NCBI GenBank assembly: GCA_964291395.2
Contig: OZ219856.1
Location: 2,528,001-2,592,000, forward strand
DNA from: Alphaproteobacteria bacterium
GTDB lineage: Bacteria > Pseudomonadota > Alphaproteobacteria > UBA2966
Direction of reading: 5' to 3'
DNA length: 64,000 nucleotides
The notes under the pieces are model-generated. The model did not search any database. It was not told the DNA's origin and was given only the letters and a program-made list of their open reading frames with translations. Both the position numbers and the translations under genes were made by a program. Of this stretch, positions 59,644 to 64,000 are shown one piece after another; the first letter of the stretch is position 1, and every line of letters begins with the position of its first letter.

Positions 59644-60525
59644 TCACCCCGCAAAGAACGGTTCCGGAATCCCCCTTGAACCCGTCCCGTAGATCGCAAA
59701 CAAAGCACCCCCGAGTGGCGAGAGCTCCTTGTCTCCAGGCTGGACCTCGTAACCGATCGACGTGACGTACAGCACGTCGAGATTCTTACCTCCAAACGAA
59801 CACATGCTGGGGTACCGCACGGGCATCGGGATCGTCCGCATGCGTTGGCCTTGGGGGTCGTACTGGGCCACTTCCCAGCCATCGATGTGGGCCGCCCAGT
59901 AGCAACCCTCGGCATCGACCGTTGCGCCGTCGACCCGGCCGGGAATATCTTCGGTCGAGATGAAATCCCGGCGGTTTTCGATTTCGCCCGTCTCGATATC
60001 GAAGTCGAAGGCATAGACCGTGTTGCCGCGGGAATTCGCGTAGTACAGGACCTTGTCGTCCGGACTCCAGCCTAGTCCGTTGGAGACGACGACACCCTCG
60101 GCCATCTTCGTACAGGACAAATCCGTATCCAGACGATATAGCGCGCCGAGTGGATCCCTCAGGTTCATGTCCATCGAGCCGCACCAGTATCGCCCCCGCC
60201 GGTCGCACTTGCCGTCGCTCAATCGTGTGCTGGGATGATCGGGGTCGGGATCGATGATGTACGTGAACGATCCTGTTTCCAGATCGACAAAATGGAAGCC
60301 GGCATGCATGCCGGCGACGAGCCCGCCCTGTTCGCGGAACACGATGGAACCGATTTTCATAGGGGCGTCCCAGACGGTGACGATGTCGGTTTCGGGGTCG
60401 AGGCGCTGGATTTTCTGGCCGTTGATGTCGACCCAGTAGAGGGCGTTTTCCCGGCAGTTCCAGTTTGGGCTCTCGCCCAATTCGTTGGGGCCCTTCCAGA
60501 TACAGGCCACTTCGGGTTGGGCCAT
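59644..60525 (-). CDS. SMP-30/gluconolactonase family protein
   Basis: LGESPNW, LYWVDI, DGKCDRRGRYWCGSM, SNGLGWSPD, DGATVDAEG. Confidence 0.92.
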   Translation of the reverse strand: MAQPEVACIWKGPNELGESPNWNCRENALYWVDINGQKIQRLDPETDIVTVWDAPMKIGSIVFREQGGLVAGMHAGFHFVDLETGSFTYIIDPDPDHPSTRLSDGKCDRRGRYWCGSMDMNLRDPLGALYRLDTDLSCTKMAEGVVVSNGLGWSPDDKVLYYANSRGNTVYAFDFDIETGEIENRRDFISTEDIPGRVDGATVDAEGCYWAAHIDGWEVAQYDPQGQRMRTIPMPVRYPSMCSFGGKNLDVLYVTSIGYEVQPGDKELSPLGGALFAIYGTGSRGIPEPFFAG

Positions 60526-60752
60526 GCCCGCCTCCGTCCGTTCGTTGAGGGGCACCGTGCGTTCCGCGGTCACCTCGGATATGTCAGCATATGCGCAGGC
60601 GTTGTCGGACAAAAATGGATCGACGCGCAGACGGAGCGGCGACACGCCGGAGCGGCCTGTTGGATCCGAGCCGGGGATCCCGGAGGAAATCACGGCAAGA
60701 GTCCCGTGCGTAATCAGATCCGCAAGAGAAGGCCCGAAGGAAGCACCGGACG

Positions 60753-61391
60753 ATGAAACGGCTCGAGGAAGATTTATGGCAGAGCACGATTCACCGTTCG
60801 GGCATCCTGAACGCCCACGCCTACTTTCTCGAGCGTCCGTCAGGCAACATCCTGTTCTACAACACTGGCGATAAGGGCGATCTGCGGCACATGTCCGAAC
60901 GTGGCGGTATCGCCTATCAGCTTCTCACACACCGGGATGAGGCCGGCCCATCGCAGACCCGGATCAGGAATCGGTTCGGCTGCAAGCTCGGCTGCAGTGC
61001 GATCGAAGGGCCGTTCGTCTCCGCCCACGGGAAGGCCGATCTCCTGTTCGAGACGGGCGACGACCGGATCGAGGACATCGATATCATCCACACGCCGGGG
61101 CACACGGCGGGCAGCATCTGCTTTTTCTACCAATCCCCGTACGGCAAGTCCTATCTCTTCAGTGGCGACACGATTTTCCAGCGGAACGGAGAATGGTCGA
61201 CTCTGGTGCTCCCCGATTCCGGCGGCAGCGCGGCCGCCCTGGCCGAGAGCATGGCCAAGCTGCGTGACACCAGCCCGGATATCGTGATGAGCAGCGGATT
61301 TGTCGGCGATGTGGCGTATCGAGAGGTCACGCGCGAGGACTGGACGGCGGCGCTCGACGACAGAATCACCCATCTCAATGCCTCGTCCTGA
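60753..61391 (+). CDS. MBL-fold metallo-hydrolase
   Basis: LLTHRDE, HTPGHTAG, LFSGD. Confidence 0.82.
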   Translation: MKRLEEDLWQSTIHRSGILNAHAYFLERPSGNILFYNTGDKGDLRHMSERGGIAYQLLTHRDEAGPSQTRIRNRFGCKLGCSAIEGPFVSAHGKADLLFETGDDRIEDIDIIHTPGHTAGSICFFYQSPYGKSYLFSGDTIFQRNGEWSTLVLPDSGGSAAALAESMAKLRDTSPDIVMSSGFVGDVAYREVTREDWTAALDDRITHLNASS

Positions 61392-61593
61392 ACGGGCCGA
61401 TGCCGTGGGCAGGCTGGCGTTCATCAACGGGTATGAACGTCGCCTTTCCAGCGCCGCTTCCTTTCCGTTTCCCATCCTCCGCCCGACCGGAGGGTGTGCA
61501 CGGGGTGTCTGCTATCGCATAGGGCACGGCAGGAGAGCCGAGCGGGACCTCCGCTACCGACAAACGCGGGCACCAAACGTTGGATTCAATCCC

Positions 61594-62589
61594 CTAGCTT
61601 TCGAGTTCGGACGGCCGCTCGACGGGGTCGGGCTCCTGCCGGTTCGCGAAAGACTTGGTCTTGTCGAAAATATGATCGCCTTCCCCGAACGCATCGGCGC
61701 TGGCGCCCACGATCAGAGGATCGGGATGGCCCACGACGTGGAGATCCTTGTCCGCATAGGGCAGCGCCGAGAGAAAGTGCCTCATGCAGTTCAGCCGGGC
61801 GCGTTTCTTGTCGTCGGACTTGATAATCGTCCAGGGCGCGTCGGCGGTGTCGGTATAGAAGAACATGGCCTCCTTGGCGTCGGTATAGGCCTCCCACTTG
61901 TCCAGCGACTGACGGTCGACCGGCGACAGTTTCCACTGTTTCAGGGCGTCGTTCTCCCGAGCCTCGAAACGGCGTCTCTGCTCCCCTTGCGTGACGGAAA
62001 ACCAGTATTTGAACAGGATGATTCCACTGCGCACGAACATGCGCTCCAGCTCCGGCGCCTGACGCATGAACTCCAGATACTCCTTGGCGTTGCAGAACCC
62101 CATCACCCGCTCGACGCCGGCGCGGTTGTACCACGAGCGGTCGAACAGAACGATCTCGCCACCTCGCGGCAGGTGGCGGATATAACGCTGGAAAAACCAC
62201 TCGGTCTTTTCGCCTTCGGTCGGCTTGTCGAGCGCCACCACACGGGCGCCGCGCGGATTGAGATGCTCGGTGAACCTCTTGATGGTCCCGCCCTTGCCGG
62301 CGGCATCCCTTCCTTCGAACAGGATGACGACCTTCCCCCTCGTCTCCTTCACCCACTCCTGGACCTTCAGCAGCTCCACCTGCAGTTCGGCCTTCTGCTT
62401 CTCGTAGACCTTGCGGGTGAGTTTCTGCTTGTAGGGATACTCGCCGGTCTCGAAAATCCGGCGAATGGCGTCGTGGTCCCGGCGCAACGCAGCCACGGTA
62501 TCCGCGTTGCCGGCACCGTCCCCGCCACGAGTGGTTCCGGCCCCCAACTCATCCGCCGACGGCCTTCCGGCGGCATTCGCTTTCACCAT
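61594..62589 (-). CDS. ppk2: Polyphosphate kinase 2
   Basis: FEGRDAAGKGGTI, FDRSWYNRAGVE, WKLSPVD, SDDKKRARLN. Confidence 0.95.
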   Translation of the reverse strand: MVKANAAGRPSADELGAGTTRGGDGAGNADTVAALRRDHDAIRRIFETGEYPYKQKLTRKVYEKQKAELQVELLKVQEWVKETRGKVVILFEGRDAAGKGGTIKRFTEHLNPRGARVVALDKPTEGEKTEWFFQRYIRHLPRGGEIVLFDRSWYNRAGVERVMGFCNAKEYLEFMRQAPELERMFVRSGIILFKYWFSVTQGEQRRRFEARENDALKQWKLSPVDRQSLDKWEAYTDAKEAMFFYTDTADAPWTIIKSDDKKRARLNCMRHFLSALPYADKDLHVVGHPDPLIVGASADAFGEGDHIFDKTKSFANRQEPDPVERPSELES

Positions 62590-62813
62590 ATCGTCCTCCG
62601 CAGGATCGCCCTCTTGATCACCAACGCGTCATCACGTTCGTACCGACAACTCATCAGGCACCATTCCTCTTCCGACAGCTTAGCTGCGCCCGGACCCGAC
62701 CTCCACCCGTTCGTTCAAAACGGGCGTCGTTGAGCGCCCGGTACGCGTCCGCAGCCGCATCCCTGAAAAGAGAAGAAGGGGTGTAATCGCGGCCGCGAAA
62801 ACGTCAACCACCG

Positions 62814-63230
62814 TCAATTTCCAGGTCTCCAATCGGGCGGTGCGAGCTCGAAGCCGGCGAATTCGAAAGCCGGCGCTACCGTGCAGCCGACCAATGTCCA
62901 GGCACCTTCCGAACGGGCGCTTTGCCAGGCTCCAGCGGGAACCACGACCTGGGGCTCGGCGCCGACGCCCACCCCCAGAATCCGATTCGTGATCTCGACG
63001 CCGTCGGACGACAGGTCGAGCCGCAGCGCATCGCCCGCATGGTAATGCCATATCTCCACCGCATCGATCCGGTGCCATGCAGAGATCTCGCCGGACTTGA
63101 GAAGGTAGTAGATCGCGGTCACCGCGCCCCGGTCGCCGTCGCCGGTAGGTGCACGAAACGTCTCGCGGTAATGCCCGCCTTCGGGGTGCGGTTTCAGTCC
63201 GTACCGAGCGATAATTTCGTCAGCGTTCAT
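62814..63230 (-). CDS. Cupin (DUF985/YML079-like)
   Basis: PHPEGGHYRE, TAIYYLL, SAWHRI..EIWHYHAG, CTVAPAFEF. Confidence 0.9.
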   Translation of the reverse strand: MNADEIIARYGLKPHPEGGHYRETFRAPTGDGDRGAVTAIYYLLKSGEISAWHRIDAVEIWHYHAGDALRLDLSSDGVEITNRILGVGVGAEPQVVVPAGAWQSARSEGAWTLVGCTVAPAFEFAGFELAPPDWRPGN

Positions 63231-63593
63231 CGGCAACCCATTTTTCAGCGGGCCACGGCGGCACCGGGCCGTAACGGCTCAGCGTACCGGACGATAAGCC
63301 GATCCCCTGACGGCCCACCCTGCGGGCAGAGAGTTCCGATTGCATCATGGATTCAAACACCGCCGGACGGTTTGTGTCTGCATGAGGAAATAGTAATTTA
63401 CGGATCTCGTTCACTCCTCGCCTCTTTCTGCGGAATGGCGGAAGCGTGAAGAAGCGTGAAGAAGTGAGACTTGCCGTCGCCGCGTTCGCCTCTGTTGGCG
63501 TGCGGCGCCGTTTTCCGCCTGCGGTGAGTCCCGTCGGGAATCGAGGGAAACGGGCTTCCCCGCCGACGACTCCAGTATAGCCAGAGGCTGACG

Positions 63594-64000
63594 ATGCGCG
63601 AAAACATATCGGAACGGGGATTGTTCGACCTCTACCGCGAGGACCCCGATGAGGCTGACCGGCTGTTGTTCGGCCGCGAGACGTACCCCGACAGGCGGGG
63701 ATTTCTAAGGAACGCCGGACTGGCGGCCATGGGAGCGCTGGTCGGCACGGCTATTCCCTTCCACCGCAATATCCCGGCCCATTTCGTTCCCGTCGCGCTC
63801 GCCGCGCAGCACACGATTCAGGGCAAGGACGGATTGACGGTGCTCAACGACCGGCCGTTATGCGCGGAAACGCCACCGCACCTGCTCGACGACGACATTA
63901 CGCCGACCAGCAGGCACTTCGTCCGCAACAACGGCCTTCCTCCGGAGGACGTCGACGCGGCGAGCTGGAGGTTGACCATCGACGGTCTGGTCGAAAACCC
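63594..64000 (+). CDS. Sulfite oxidase family molybdoenzyme with Tat signal (partial, runs off the window)
   Basis: DRRGFL Tat motif, NDRPLCAETP, TPTSRHFVRNNG, WRLTIDG; absent from the ORF track because no stop lies in the window. Confidence 0.85.
   Translation, partial: MRENISERGLFDLYREDPDEADRLLFGRETYPDRRGFLRNAGLAAMGALVGTAIPFHRNIPAHFVPVALAAQHTIQGKDGLTVLNDRPLCAETPPHLLDDDITPTSRHFVRNNGLPPEDVDAASWRLTIDGLVEN

Noticed and set aside
56216-61391. Trypsin + S8 + MBL genes as an anti-phage system
   Set aside because: Both proteases carry signal peptides, there is no NTPase or sensor partner, and the genes are not co-oriented
61300-62733. Long antisense ORFs (also 677-2263, 2683-4164, 48777-50072, 52877-54433)
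   Set aside because: Shadow ORFs expected opposite real genes in high-GC DNA

Overview
GC-rich bacterial window. The RpoH-type promoter, ROSE element and Omp25-like porin suggest an Alphaproteobacterium, but this is inference. It is a mosaic of accessory metabolic genes with many decayed gene and mobile-element fragments between them. The main recognisable system is a selenoneine-type selenometabolite cluster at 31.3-37.5 kb: a SelD/SenC fused to an FAD-oxidoreductase domain, senB, senA, a decayed methyltransferase and egtD. Other content: a ROSE-controlled hsp20-USP-hemerythrin stress operon, nnrS, a BisC-like molybdoenzyme, several dioxygenases and Rieske oxygenases, gdhA, a LIV-type ABC transporter, an OxyR-like regulator, a tail-to-tail pair of unusual secreted proteases, ppk2, and a partial Tat-exported sulfite-oxidase-family gene. 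Non-coding signals read directly from the sequence: a ~195-nt highly structured orphan RNA-like element (10295-10490), a 158-bp MITE with terminal inverted repeats and a 4-bp target duplication (15219-15376), an IS21 right-end remnant, a group II intron RT scrap, and a mosaic repeat block at 6.45-6.94 kb. No rRNA, tRNA or CRISPR array was seen. Product calls come from motif recognition by eye, with no database searches.
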